Assembly (NCBI GenBank): GCA_001643675.2
Contig: LSRY02000072.1
Span: 62,001 to 126,000 of the forward strand
Direction of reading: 5' to 3'
Length of the DNA stretch: 64,000 bases
DNA from: Monocercomonoides exilis PA203
Lineage: Eukaryota; Protista; Preaxostyla
The notes under the pieces were generated by a model, which saw only the letters and a list, made by a program, of their open reading frames with translations, had not been told where the DNA came from and searched no databases. Of this stretch, positions 63,427 through 64,000 are shown piece by piece. Positions within the stretch are counted from its first letter, which is position 1; the number at the start of each line of letters is the position of its first letter. The position numbers were made by a program, and so were the translations under genes.

Positions 63427-63900
63427 TTAAGTGCAAAAATGATACGAAAAATAATAAAATTTTAGAAAAATATTTGTTAATATTGAATGGAACAAAATGC
63501 ATAAGGCACAAAATTTCGATCCATATTTATAAGTTTCTGTTTGAAGCAATGTTGGATTAGAATTTGGGATCATATAAAAAACTGGGTAGTAATAAAAATC
63601 TGATCCTGCAACACAATTATGAAAAAATTGCATATACGGTTAAATTTTAGCTTCTTTGAAAAAAGCAATGATTTGTTCCAAACCTTTTATTTTTATTAAT
63701 TTATTTATTTTGCTTTCATTTCATTGTAAGTCTTTCATTATTATGAAAAAATTAAAATAAAAATAAAAATATTGAAATTTTTGAATAACGAAAAAGATTC
63801 AAAAATGTTGAATCGAACAAAATTTTGAAAGCAAAAAATTTCAGCCTATTTAATGATTTTTCATAGCGTTGAACTTGCAGGTTATTTCCAAAACTTTTAA
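63427..63900 (-). CDS. Possible exons of a gene entering from the right edge
   Basis: Non-repetitive open segment PYMQFFHNCVAGSDFYYYPVFYMIPNSNPTLLQTETYKYGSKF among AT-rich intron-like tracts; no family recognised. Confidence 0.3.
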
Positions 63901-64000
63901 TAAAAAAAATCAACAGGAAAATAAGCAACCTTACGATCTCAAAATTAATTAAAAATTTCTAAGATCTGAAAATTAAATAAGCAAAAATGTCTGATCCTTT

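Noticed and set aside
1-64000. Non-standard genetic code (TAA/TAG = Gln)
   Set aside because: CKS1 ends in TAA and the CorA, GSKIP-like and SDR genes end in TAG at expected C-termini; long exons are otherwise free of TAR codons.

Overview
This is AT-rich eukaryotic genomic DNA with short GT-AG introns and (GAA/TCT)n-rich coding sequence. The style and one multicopy gene family point to an oxymonad such as Monocercomonoides (inference). The code is standard, since TAA and TAG end confidently identified genes. About 13 spliced protein genes are present: a giant Ser/Glu-rich helical-repeat gene running off the left edge, a CorA-family Mg2+ transporter, CKS1, a Kelch/Cys-rich membrane protein, a GSKIP-like protein, an LRR (AIR9-like) protein, an unknown protein, DUS4, CDC14, a 2xSH3-SDR fusion, CWC27, a multicopy ARM-like family member and an FtsX/MacB-type permease. 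There are four highlights. (1) An 8.4-kb hAT transposon structure (22220-30595) contains a ~4.06-kb-arm palindrome; all its junctions are explained by 8-bp target duplications, matching sister-chromatid (hybrid-element) transposition of the element into itself. (2) CKS1 appears to need a 4-nt exon followed by a single-nucleotide exon. (3) Two islands contain the same MITE families. (4) The SH3-SDR fusion looks catalytically dead. All exon and intron calls were made by eye and need RNA-seq confirmation.
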